From Balanoglossus misakiensis (taxonomy: Eukaryota; Animalia; Hemichordata), in the NCBI GenBank assembly GCA_040954595.2, contig CM082589.2, positions 6,817,186 through 6,881,185 on the forward strand: a stretch of DNA of 64,000 nt, in the 5' to 3' direction. Below are positions 26,001 through 37,866 of this stretch, in pieces. The notes beneath the pieces were generated by a model. That model did no database searches. It was not told the origin of the DNA and saw only the letters and a program-made list of their open reading frames with translations. Both the position numbers and the translations under genes were made by a program. Numbering within the stretch: the first letter of the stretch is position 1; the number at the start of each line of letters is the position of its first letter.

Positions 26001-29000
26001 CAGGATCCGCCGTCTTCAGTATCGCTAGGATTGAGAATGGAAGAAATGATTTTTAATTTAGCAGATACTCATCTATTCTTCAATGATTTGGAGGTAAGAT
26101 CATGTTTTGGGGGTTGCCATGACAATGTACATGTACAGTCATCTAAGAGATGTACATCATCATCAGTGCCAATTGGGCAGTGTGACTGTTTAATGTGTTT
26201 ATAATTTGTTTATTAAGATTGATTGGCTGCATAGGATCAAACGAAGTCCACCCTCCCCTCAAAAAAAAGTGATAAATTTATTTGAAAGGAAGAAAAATGT
26301 AATTAATATAACAAATAGTCGTTCATGATCCAGTTGAGGAATATTAAAACAAAAACAACAAAAATTTCTTATTTTGTATAACAGCCTGATGTGTGCAGTA
26401 GTTGCTTAATGGCGTTCACGCAAACTTTATGACAATACTTTTTTTTATCGTATCGCGAATGTTGCTTTATCGCTTAAATCAATTTTGGATAGGCAGAAAA
26501 TCTCTTTCATTTTAGTTTTGAACAATCTCCAAACGTCAAAGAAAACAGAGTCGCTGACAGAGTGTAAATTTTGTGAACGCTTTGACACTGGCATTGAAAG
26601 GATTCACAAGTCCCCGCACAAACACACCTTTGTAATCGCACGAAGAATATTTGGCAAACTGCGGTATAGGATCTTGACACAGCTTTATTTGCATTCCCAT
26701 TGTGAAATCCCCTTGCCTTTGACCCCTGGGTGTTGTCGTCAAGAGTTATTAGCGGCCATATTGGTTTAAGAGCGCCAGGTTGTCTCAGTGATTCCCACGG
26801 CACGTCCTTTAATTTGTTGTACGACTCAATCATCACCAGAAAGCCGGTCTACTTTCGCGCTGTTTAATGGTTGTACCGACATTCTTCAATTTCGCCAAGG
26901 TCGCGATTAAAGTGTCAACTCCTTTCACTCTCTGAGCCCTTACACTGTACTTCAGTGTCGATGCGCCCACGTTGCTTGTTGCGTCCGACACATCGGACTA
27001 ACGACAGATGATGGTGTAATGAGTTTTCTCAAACATTCATTCCCAAGCCAGCTTCTCATATTATCTTCACTTGTGTGTGTTCTATCCAGTGTTCGAAATT
27101 TTATTTGCGGTTTTTACCGGTCTTGGTACAAAAAATAAAATTCAAAGTTCCCCACACTTTTGTCCCCTTTGTAATTTATAGAATGAATCTTCAATTTCAA
27201 AATCAAGTATTTGTGACCATTTTGACAGTTCTGACCGTCTCAACCAAAATAAAATTTCAAAAGCAATGCTTTCTTCCTTCAATACTCACTGAACAAAATT
27301 ACCTAAAAGCTTTTTTTGAAAAAAAAATGACTTCAAAACAAAACTCGTCAATCTCTTGACGCTTTTCTAACAAACCGCAGATCTGCTGGGATGACATCAT
27401 ACTTTTAAGAGTATCGTAAAGTGGAATAGGGTACCCCCAGAGACAAGTTATAGGCCATATAAAAAATTGACCACAAACAGAGAATGCATTGAAGGCCAAC
27501 AGTTCAGACATAAATGTATAAAAAGAAATTAATTCACCAATAACCAGCATATGAGCCATTTTACCTCCAACATTTTCCCATTGAAAATTGGGTAATTTTG
27601 TGGCAGATTCTAGACTTTCTCATTCAATCAATGAAGTCAAAGTTTACTGTACAAAGTCTTCACTACAAAATACTAGTTTCATGCTAATTTTTCAGAAAGA
27701 ACTTTGTTACAGTTTTGGCACTTACCATGTCCAGTTCCTACAAACATGTATTGTTTATATATTTCATTCCATTTCATTTCCCAGCAATCAGTTTTCACAT
27801 AAACACATGATGGAAAATCATCGTAAAAATTTACCCACAAGTACCTTTTCTGCTTTATTTTGATCAGCACCCATGAGAATTTTGTCAAATAGTACAGAAA
27901 CAGGTCACAATTCAAAAGAAAGTGTGCCAAGAATCACAAACGGTCTTTATTCCGTAAATCCCGAACACAACGGCAGTCAACAGGACCTCACACGCATCAT
28001 ATATTTGCAGTTTTTCAAATCAAGATTACGGATCCATTCAAAAGCGATGCCAAGCCTGTACACACAGCCAAATGCAAGATTAAACACTTTCCCCCGTTTT
28101 TTTTTTTTCTTTCCGAAACTTTTAAAATTCTTGCATGGCAGATTAAAAACCCAGCCTGACCCGATGAGGTCAGCGTTTTTTATTGATTGAAGGACTGAAA
28201 CCAATTAGTATATGGCTGTATCAATAACGGTGTCCCCCCTAGCTTTGTCAATATTTGATGGGCAAATAAAGTAGAAAGCCAAAGCAAATGATTGTTCTCC
28301 TACGCTGTAAAAAAAACCTCAGCGTTGGAAATATAGAAGTGGATAGAACTACTATTCCTACAGTAACATGACAAAACGTTCTTCTTGGACGGGTTTCTGA
28401 AATGAGGAAGGGGGATTTTTAGGGGGAGAATGACCACCCCCCCCCCCTCCCTGCAAACCCGAGTCACTCCACAATTCTAAAACGTCATGAATGAGTAAAA
28501 TAAATTATCAGCAGTAATGTGGAGTTGCAGATTTGCTGCTGAAGTGTGTTAAAGAAACGATAGGCTTATCAAGTTGTTGTTTTTCAACTTGCTCCTGTAT
28601 TTTGTATCAGTATGCAATAATGGCCCTCTTTTGCTCGAAATTTTTTAACCATCATTTTTATTTAGAGATTCAAGTTTACTTGAGATTTATCTCGAAGTAC
28701 TATTTTTAAAAAGGTAATCAGTGATGTTAAAACTGAAGGTAGTAGGTTTAGTTGATGGCAAGGCAGCGGTTTTAATCCGGACCGGCGAAGGTGAAGACAA
28801 AATAAAAAAGACATTCCACAGAATGAACGGAAAATGCCTTCCTGAATGGGTGAAGTAGCCACCTCTTGAAAAAAAGCTAACACACTCAGTGGGCCTTGGG
28901 ACATTTCCATTCCAGCACTAATGGAGCCCAACTCTCATTGGAGAAGATCTTCTTGAGATTCCAGTCCACAAAGTAATGAACTGCGTCTCTGTCTTTTGGC

Positions 29001-32000
29001 GTGAAGATGTTTTTCTTTGTGAACGAAGAAGAGAGTCAGTGATGGGGGAAACTTTTTTTTTGTCAAGCACGCATCACGGGTCACCCAATGCTGGGGGGGA
29101 AAAAGGGCGTGCAGAGGGAAAATATTATTTTTAGGTGTGAAAGGGGTGATATGGGAATCCATTGTGACAAGTGTTTTGTGAGAGAATGTTACACTCAGTA
29201 TCAAGAACAGTGTTTGCTTTTTAAATTCACCTGAGGTGTTTTTGTAAGACCGATACTTCCCACACACTATGGGTCGGAGAGAAAATGCCGCGCACAGACC
29301 ATGACAAAGTCAGTGTCACCGCCATCTTTAGTCAGCTTTGACTTTGCCCCTATCGCCATGGAAACCCAGCCTTGGTGAATTCACCCATGACCTGACGAGG
29401 TCGCCTAATCCCAAAACAAAATATTTTTCAAAGGTTTTCTATCCAAATGAGCCAATTTGTCAATATGCTCAACTTTGCCACGACACCATATTCACAAAAA
29501 TAAACACCATTATTTTCGTCAGCATTTTGTCAGCTCCATGTTCGTTACCAAGTTCACCAAATAGTTGATTCTAGATATAGTGAATGTATTTTGACTCAAA
29601 CTTTCTTATAAACATTATTATAGTAATGTACAGTCTGCCTTCAGTGGCCAGATTGAAAAAAAAAATGAAAACACAGCCAACAATTTGAAAAATTCAAAAA
29701 TGAATGAACTAAAATATCTCAAAGAAAATAACTTAAAATGATGTTTCACTAATGTATAAATGAGACAGACATGTCAAAATTTCGAACTAGTGTTTCAGTG
29801 GCTTTTTTTTTGAATGAGTAAAGATTGTTGTTGGTTTTATACACACGTCTCATCGATCGTTCATTCTTTTTTGTGGTTGTTTCGATATTTTGATCAACCC
29901 TTTTCTTTCTTTTTTTCTATATGACAGGAATGTGATCAGGTACACATAGATGATGTGGCTTCAGATGATAATGGTCAAGATTTAAGGTGAGTGGCCATTA
30001 TTTGGTGAAGTTCTCAGAAGGAATAGGGATTATTTTGCTGTGATATATGAGTCTATCCATGGCTGAGAGAGAACGGAGAATGAGAGTGAGTGAGAGAGAG
30101 AGGGAGAGGGGGAGAGAGAGAGAGTGAGTGAGGGAGGGGGGGAGAGAGAGAGAGTGAGTGAGGGAGAGAGGGAGAGAGAGAGAGTGAGTGAGGGAGAGGG
30201 GGAGAGAGAGTGAGAGAGGGAGAGGGGGAGAGAGAGAGAGTGAGTGAGAGAGAGAGAGAGGGAGAGAGAGAGAGTGAGTGAGAGAGAGTGAGTGAGAGAG
30301 AGGGAGAGAGAGTGAGGGAGAGTGAGTGAGAGAGAGGTGGAGAGGGAGAGAGAGAGGGAGAGTGAGTGAGAGAGAGGTGGAGAGGGAGAGAGAGAGAGAG
30401 AGAGAGGTGTGCAATGTTGGTAGGCAGTTAATTTAGGGGAGGCTTAGAGAGTGTAAGCCAGGGAGCTGAATGCAGAAGTGGTGGCAGTTTGTCTAGACAT
30501 ACCACGGTCTAAGTGTGTGTTTAAGGATAGGTGGTGCAGTGTGCACGTTTCATTGTACTGAACGGTTTGTGTTTACTCAGGCATTCTTGTCACGGCAGTC
30601 ATTTCGGTCGGAGTGACAGAATACAGAGTGCTTTCCAAACACCGGGCTTCCGAAAATAATCTTAACGAGCGATCTATTTTGTTTGGCGAGTGAATCAGTG
30701 GTTTATAAGCGAGGCGTGGGTATGGCATTAGAAATGTTTGGCTTTGAATAGCGCCTGTCAGGGAGCTGCAAATGGAGCGTGCAGTATATGAGCCGTTTTT
30801 TTCGGCGCTTTTGTACGACCAAGGTCCCAACGTCATGTACGCTCAGTAGTGTAGATAAAGGCCGATAATTCCCCCCTCCCCCAAATACCAATCTACTTAA
30901 TCCATGTGTGTACGCTGTTTTACTAACTACAATTCTCGTCACATTTGCTGCTAAACTTTCAGAGGCCTGTCAGCTCAAATCATTGATAATCCTGGCACAC
31001 TATCACTAAATTCATGTAGTCGATGGAGAAATTTGTGAAACGTGCTCCAATTCACTAACTTTCGACACTAGGGTTACTTTTGTTGCAAAATTCTGCTTGC
31101 AGCAACATGAAAAATAGTTGTTCCTTTCTGCATTCTAATCTACTCTTACTTGTATACTGAGATCTTACATGCAATTATGTATTGTAACAGTAGGTACACT
31201 GCAGAACTTGCACCATGCAAGCAGTCACATAGCGCCCTCTAGTGGAGACCACCTACTCACACAGGCCACAAGCTGACCCTGAAAACAAATGATTTGGCAT
31301 ATTTCAATCTTTTAAAAAATATTAAGAGTTTTTCACACGAGGAAGAGGTAACAAACAGTATTGTCAAAAGATGGGCATTTTTTTGGTCAATTTTTACAAT
31401 GAATATGTCCTTTTTATTAGAAGATTGTTGAAGTCTTTCCTTGCTCACACACAAGAACCCAATTTTTCAAAAGTTTCAAAATTTTAACCGAGAATTTTAT
31501 TTTTTTCTTGTAAGAACAGCCTGTATGTAGTATAGAGAGATATGTAGTGTAAAGTGGGGACTTCAACAAGCACTGCAAAATATAAAAGAAATGTGAAGTG
31601 TAAACCTTTTAACAGAGAGACAGTTCTTCTGGTTTGCTTTGCAGTACATACAATTTTGCTACGGATGGTTTCCACGCGGCAGCGACTAGCGCTAATCTTT
31701 GTCTAGCAACCGGAGTCCGAGGCGGTGTGGATTGGATGCGAAAGTTAGCATTCCGGTACAGAAGGATAAAAGAAATCTACAATAGCTACAAAAATAATGT
31801 TGGAGGTAGGTTGATTGCGGTGCGACCGACCTTGTTCGAACATTTCCAAATGGGTCGTAAACTGATATGTTTAAACGTACAAATATATATCACAGTCTAG
31901 ACAGATTATTATAGACTGATAAAAATATAAACTTCACGACTGGCATATACGCCAATGACGATGAAGTGAATGTGGTTTTCATGGTGATACAGTTTTAGTT

Positions 32001-33437
32001 CACCTGCGGTGCAGTCGGACAGCGCCCTCTGTGGTCCATTTGTGTTAGGCGTGCTGGTCGTCCAGCAAGTCGTCAGTTTTTAGAAGAGCACCCTTTGTTG
32101 GTTTCTTTTCTTGACAATTTCACTTCTTTTCAGCTGTGTTAGGTCCCGAGAAGAGGGAGACTTGGCTACAACTCCGGGCAGAGATAGAAGCCCTTACAGA
32201 CTCTTGGCTGACATTAGCTCTGAAGTCATTAACTCTGGTAAACTCAAGGTAGGTGTAAGGCTACAAAATATTAACACCAACACTTACATCATAGTGAGAA
32301 AGAAAAATTTCCCAGACTCAGATATCATAACCCATTTTGTGTCATACACCTTTTTCGATTAAATCTTAAGTCTGGAATCCAGTTTTGGCATTTAAAGTCA
32401 AAATACGTATATTTATAATAATGAATCCTTAATGTGATATTTCTCATTGCAAATTTCTCATCTCATATGTAACCATGAAGTTTATGAAAAATGCCCTTGT
32501 ATCAAATCCTGCACTAACCTGTTAAAACTCACTGTAACAGTTGCCAAATAGAAAAGTAGAAAATGGTTCACACAAAATGATATTTAATGTTAGTGTGTGA
32601 GCTAATGATGTGATGCAGTAATCTGGGTGTAGAATAGTAAATCTTTCTGATGGCGTGCTCCTTTTCAGGTCGAATTGTACTAACGTTCTGGTCACTACGA
32701 CCCAGTTGGTACCGGCCGTCGCGAAAGTACTCCTCTACGGACTGGGTGGTGTTTTCCCGATCGAGAACATCTACAGCGCTACGAAGATTGGCAAGGAAAG
32801 CTGCTTCGAGCGCATTGTGTCGCGCTTCGGTAGAAAAGTGACGTACGTAGCAGTCGGCGACGGGCGAGACGAAGAACAGGCTGCGAAGAATGTAAGTATT
32901 CCACCTGAGAGGGCGCTTGTTGTCCTACTTGGGTCTGTGACCTGAGTGTCATTTCACGTTACAAACCTCTCGTTTGTGGCGTTTTTAGAAAAAAATTGTT
33001 TTGGGCCAGTGACTGGCTTTCCTAGTGATGTATGAGTATTTTATTCGGATTTGAACCCCTATCTACAGCACCATTTTGCGTAGCAACCAAAGTCAGCACC
33101 CACACTAAAGCAATGCAATGTCATCTTTCCCGAAATATGGAGTGTTTCTTTTGACATTTTACAGGGAACATGTGGGATATTCGTCACAATTGTAATCAGT
33201 GCTTGTTAATTTCTTCTGTTTGAACTTGTATGACAATGTGTGTTTTTTATACCTTTTCTGTGCGAAAGATTTTAGTCCAAACTCATTACTGGTAAAAGAA
33301 ATCAACCGGTTATATTTATCTCATAGGTCTCCGTCTATTTTCCTTCTTACTGCCAGCTGGACATTCCGTTTTGGAGGGTGTCTGGTCACTCTGACCTGGC
33401 AGCTCTTCACCATGCCCTGGACCTCAGTTACCTTTGA
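344..33437 (+). CDS. eya: Eyes absent homolog (HAD-family tyrosine phosphatase / Six cofactor), about 662 aa, 18 coding exons
   Basis: Exons with GT-AG borders and matching phases: 344-385 (tentative), 3948-4006, 11291-11400, 12501-12587, 13786-13875, 15231-15309, 16902-17086, 18060-18164, 18468-18562, 18995-19172, 19473-19618, 20183-20266, 26004-26093, 29928-29986, 31645-31805, 32134-32248, 32669-32891, 33357-33437 (TGA). Eya domain hallmarks: [118 protein letters not shown]. All HAD catalytic motifs are intact. The N-terminus is P/S/T/Y-rich with SMEIQ, VKTEP and YPHI motifs. Confidence 0.97.
4704..4862. repeat. 31-bp minisatellite, about 5 copies
   Basis: Unit GAAAAAAGAGGACATTTTGGTGAAATTTAGG, with alternating GGTCATTTTGG and AGACATTTTAG variants. 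Confidence 0.9.
8275..8490. mobile_element. MITE family C, truncated copy (centre plus right arm)
   Basis: Matches the centre and right arm of 51061-51395 (TTTACCATTTATTCATTTTGGCGA...CAAACGGGATGGAAG...GGGCAGCGAGAGAGAGACTTTGTCCCT-TTAA). The left boundary is approximate. Confidence 0.8.
9520..9726. mobile_element. MITE family A (TA target duplication, Tc1/mariner/pogo-like), copy 1
   Basis: About 25-bp TIRs, TA-CCGTAAAACACTTTATTTTCGCGAG ... CTCGCGAAAATAAAGTGTTTTATAG-TA. A reverse-complement copy lies at 49898-50104. Confidence 0.85.
13940..14022. repeat. (TG)n microsatellite
   Basis: Directly visible TG run with interruptions. Confidence 0.95.
14595..14778. mobile_element. MITE family B (TTAA target duplication, AGG...CCT ends, Kolobok-like), copy 1
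   Basis: TTAA-AGGTATACGGTCACC ... GGTGACCGTATACCT-TTAA, a perfect 15-bp TIR. Homologous copies are at 44965 and 52151. Confidence 0.88.
16526..16612. mobile_element. MITE family D (about 87 bp, piggyBac-like ends), degenerate copy
   Basis: CCCTTTCACTATCATGGTTT...CTATGGTAAAGTTGGACCTCTATAGAG, in the same orientation as the 48484 copy. Confidence 0.7.
17174..17431. repeat. Tandem duplication, 132-bp period, 2 copies
   Basis: CTCTGTAAATTTGGAATAATCAGGATACACTTTGTGAAAT... starts at 17174 and at 17306, with few differences. Confidence 0.92.
21775..21850. repeat. Degenerate (GACA)n microsatellite
   Basis: CAGACAGACGGACAGACAGACACAGACAGAC... is directly visible. Confidence 0.8.
30063..30406. repeat. 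Compound (GA)n/(GAGT)n/(GAGG)n polypurine tract
   Basis: About 340 bp that is almost purely purine on the + strand. Confidence 0.95.
31230..31246 (-). promoter_or_regulatory. CTCF-like motif
   Basis: The minus strand reads TCCACTAGAGGGCGCTA, a close match to the CTCF core CCACYAGRGGGCGC. Confidence 0.55.
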
Positions 33438-34516
33438 CCTGCGTACCCGTGGTGATATTACAGGACCATGTCCTTGAACTCTGCATGAGAAGAGCGACGA
33501 AAAAAGCGAGCGAGACTATAGGCTGTGCACGTCCTGTACCACAGCGCTTGATCATATTTGCTGTTATTTGCCCGGTTTCCAGGGAATTTTTTTAGAAATC
33601 ATCACTGCCAGCACAAGGAGGGGAGTGGGGTGGAAATCCCTAACCCTACAACTTTCGGGTGAAACGTGAGAGAGAGAGAGAAAAAAGTGATGTTTATATA
33701 TAGAACTTATTGTGTTTTGTTGCACTCGATTGGTCAACTCACACTCCTTGGAAACCCAAGCATGGAAGGACAGCGCGAACGTACACACGACAACATTTCC
33801 CAAATCGCAGGAACAACAACGCAACTTGCATGAGATTTTATATTACACAGAGACTGACTGATTGAATGCACCGTCTTGGTAAAAAAAAGAGTAATTTCTA
33901 CTCGACTGTGTATAGGTACATACGCAGTTTTTGCTGTAAGCCCTTTTTTCCTGTTAACCAAAGATACAAGTGCAGTTTGTCATAGTTTTGTATAGAAAGG
34001 TTGTGTTGTTTTATTTCTTCTTTCTTGTGACTTTATAAAGAATTAAGACTTGAGATATGAAGTATTAAAAAAGGGGCTTGTATAAAAAAAAATCAATCAC
34101 TCTGTTTCTTTTCAGTCCTGTTGTTTTCTGCCATCAGTGAAAAATGGAAAAAAGGGCAGAGTTAAACTTTGCCCACCTAAGTATATAATAATATCTAATA
34201 TATATTTTTATTACATGGAGGTCGCGCTTGGCATGGCAGTTTTGAGTGTAGCTGAACAAATCTTAGGTATTTATTAAAATTTGTAGCACTTCTGTAGATG
34301 CATGGAACAGTGATCAGGTTTCTTTCTTTATTTTTTGCAAAATGTGCCTCAGTTTTTAGAGAATGTCGTGCGACCGTACTACAGGAAGTCACATGGTGGT
34401 CACATGATAGTATGTGGAGGATGACTCCATTTTGAAGAGAAGTGGTACAGGGTTTTTTTTTCTTTTTTTTTTTGATGTGCAAACTTGCATCTTGGTATGT
34501 CGAGAATCATGCTTAA

Positions 34517-34603
34517 CCCTTTCACACCCCCAGTTCCCTCTTTAGAGGTCCAACCTTACCACAGAAAACAAGGGATGTGGACTGAACCCTGGTGGTGAAA
34601 GGG
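34517..34603. mobile_element. MITE family D copy in the putative Eya 3' UTR
   Basis: TTAA-CCCTTTCAC..CCCAGTTCCCTCT..AGAGGTCCAAC.TTACCA.AGAAAACAA...GGTGGTGAAAGGG. Confidence 0.8.
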
Positions 34604-36549
34604 TTTAAGTGAAAGAAATGAGAGACTTAAACTTTATCTGCCAAGAACTATTCTAATCATTTTTCTCATGGATCACAATGTATTATAATAGTTTCAGCAC
34701 TGGATTTTGGCAAGTATTTGCAATGGAGGTGTGGATTTTTAAACGTTATTTTCCAATCGTAAAATGTAATTTAATTGTTTCACTGAAGATGTTTGCATTC
34801 TGTTGCCGTGTACTGACTTTGTGTTTTCTCCTGGTATAGCTCGTGTGTACAGTGAAAAATTTTATCATTAAAGTTGTTCTTCATTGTGAGTTGTGTGTGA
34901 AGCTGTACTGCTTTCAGCTCAGCTTACGTCCATGCACACAAGGAAGGTCTGTAAATTCTAACCTGGCAACAATTCCTGAAGAAATTATGGCACAATTATT
35001 TTCAGAATTTCTGACATTATTGTGGATGTCCTCGTTTATTTTGGACCAAAACAAGCTACTGGTTTTTGTTTATCACAGTCTTGGTAAAATTTTCACAAAT
35101 TGCGGCAGAATAATCCGGAAAACGGCTGTCACGTTGGGGTTCGAGGGGGGGGGGGGGTTCAAAGAATCAGTGGCCCAGGCTTTAACATTGGAAAATATCA
35201 CCTGTCAGATATGTTATGTTTATTTGTACAATTTCTTCAAACTGTCCTAGAATTGGGAAGATAATGATACAAAGTTTGCCATTTTGAAATTTTAGGAAAC
35301 AAAAAATCTTTTTTTTTTAAATTACTTCAGATTTTGAATGTTTTCGATGGGTCTACCCAGAATGCAGTACTGCTTTCCAAAATCTACTACTGAGAATTTG
35401 GAGTCATCCTCCTGACTGAATTTTAAATTGCCGCCTTTCCGTAAAATGTTTCAATGTCATTAATGACGTGAGATTTTTAAGGTCGCCATTTCATATGCTG
35501 CTTCTTGAAAAAATGTAGATTTCTTGCCAAAATTTAACCAGTCCAAGTAATGGTTGTGCATTTGTAAGACCCTATTCTCTGTGGCTTGTGTCAAAACATC
35601 ATTTGCTCCTGTCATTTGTAGCACCTATCTAGGTTCAAAGTTGAAACATCATAAATCATTTAGTGCTTCAAAATAATTTAAAATTATCTTTTGGCTAAAA
35701 CCTAAAATCTACTGGGTATAAATTTTTCCACATTTTCAAGCCAATCAGAAGCAATATTATAGGTTTTTAGTCAGGTTAATTTGACAATTCCTTCCAGTCA
35801 CTGATCTACAAAACCATATTTCATCAACGAAATGTTCTTTGAAAGAGTCTGATAGATAATTATTGTATATTTCGAGCTTAGACATTGGAATGGGTCAAAC
35901 ATTATGCAGAACCATCACTTGGACCGGTTAGCCAATCTTTTATTGTTGTGATAGTCCACCCACCGATGATTTGAATGTCCTCAGTGTAGTTTTTAGATAA
36001 TATTTATCCTAATAATGCATGTCACAAGAAGAGTTCACCTTTGACCTTTGAACTGGGAGTTTATGTTAATGTATTTGGGGTCACAATGACCTGTAAGTTG
36101 TTTTAATAAATCATTTCTTATTCTCTTCCTTCTGGTCTTGTTTTGATTTGCTTTGAATTACTTCAAACATCCCAGAAACCTGAATTTTTCCAAAAAAGAT
36201 TGAAAGAGAAAAAAGTGAAAATTGCATGAGATTGTATTGATCATCTACATCCAATGAATGCTAAAAGATCGTGCGTAAAGTAACTTTCACACAATATTTA
36301 CACATATAAATTATTTTTATTACTAAAATCAATAAATTTGATTAAATACAGAAAACACCAAAGCATGTACAGATGCATCCATCGTCCTGCCACCTGGACT
36401 TATCTACTGTATTTATCTGACCTAATCTTAAAGGCAGAATTGTTGAGAACTACCCTGGTTCATGCACATCAACTTTCAGAGACTACAGGACTTCCATCGC
36501 ATTGTGACTTCTGACCTGGTGTCAAAGTTCAACTGGTCGTCTTTTTCAC

Positions 36550-37866
36550 TCATCCCACGAACTTGGTGTGTTTCCCCTGAGCTATCAACGCCCCCTTCTC
36601 ATTGGTGACATCACATGTTGTAAAAGCAAGTGATTTGCCTTGTTTGGACACTTTGCCATCTACGGTTATTGTTTCGCCCGCTCGCACTGCTTTCAAATAT
36701 CTGCAAAAATGACCAGGTAAACAAGAGGCTATTATTCACTTAAATAAGTTTTTTATTCCACATTTGTGATGTGATGCGTATGTATGTTTAATTATCACAG
36801 GATAGCTCGTCTCACGCGCATGCGCGTAACTTCCAAGCAAATTTACCATTCGATGCATTCAAATAGTGGACTGCCTTCGCGTCCTTCCATATTTCATGTG
36901 CACCGTATAAGTAGATTCTGGTTTTGTCCCTCCTTTTCACCCAAGCTAGTGTCTTTTCCCGATCTCCGACACAGATTATGGGCGCCGCCATCTTGTGTGA
37001 GCACTGCCTTATGGGATTGACTGTTCACTAAACGTCTGTAACCAGCGCTACAGTTGGAACATGCGTGTGAGACGAGCTACGTGCTTTAATTGTAGGATAC
37101 GGAAATTATTAAATGCATGCATGATTGTAAGTAACCTACGATACACTGAGATCCACGCTGACACCGGGAACGCCATTCTCCGTTGTCATAAGCGCTGCCG
37201 TGGTTACCGCGTCGACTAGAGTTGCTGTCATCCCACCATGTAAAGTACCCCCTCTATTGGTGTGTCCTTCCTCTACTTTCATTTCACATTTGCAACTGCC
37301 GGGTTCCACTGCAACGACACGCACCTAATAAATGGCGAAAAAAAGTGTCGAGAGCATGATATAATAAATACATACATGAGTGATGTACATCGATTGCAAC
37401 TACCGAAAGTACAACAGCCCCCTAAGCCTTCTATAGCTACATGAATGAATCAAATCGTCTGAGTGTAGGTGTAGCTGCAATGATTGTAATGTAGCAGGTG
37501 TTGCTGGGTTGGCGATTGTTCGGTAGTGCTGGGAAAAAAATTGTCAACGTAGAAGCACCCTCTACAATCATTGCAGCACGGTTTCTAGTAACCGTGATTG
37601 CAGCTAGTCTGTCTGTAGACTCTAAATGTAGCTGTGTCAGTGTGTGACCTATGACACGAATGATTACGATGAAGCACACAGACTCGAGATAGCAGTTAGA
37701 TCGCATGCATATTTCACACGTATAGTTAAGAGTGACACTCTCCACAGGCATTTTGAACACACCTACTTACTGCTTTCATTACGCTATCGAACCCAGGGCC
37801 GCTTGTCAGAAACTTCACAACTTGCCTTGCCTTTTGCAGCAGACCAGACCCGGCTGCAGACGCCAT
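36550..37866 (-). CDS. ACOT13: Acyl-CoA thioesterase 13 (THEM2, hotdog fold / PaaI family), 143 aa, 3 exons
   Basis: Exons 37866-37771 (MASAAGSG...GFDSVMKA|gtaagt), 37324-37140 (HTNRGGTLHGGMTATLVDAVTTAAL...PGVSVDLSVS) and 36700-36550 (YLKAVRAGETITVDGKVSKQGKSLAF...LIAQGKHTKFVG*). Phases 0 and 2 are consistent, and the N-x4-HGG catalytic motif is present. Confidence 0.96.

Noticed and set aside
28734-28753. let-7-like string TGAAGGTAGTAGGTTTAGTT
   Set aside because: An insertion breaks the seed, the 3' part has a deletion, and I see no complementary star arm nearby.
29998-30414. 138-aa Ser/Leu-rich ORF
   Set aside because: It is a translation of the GA microsatellite.
33435-33455. Stop-codon readthrough of Eya (TGA-C)
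   Set aside because: It lacks the CUAG context and would add only six residues. There is no supporting evidence.
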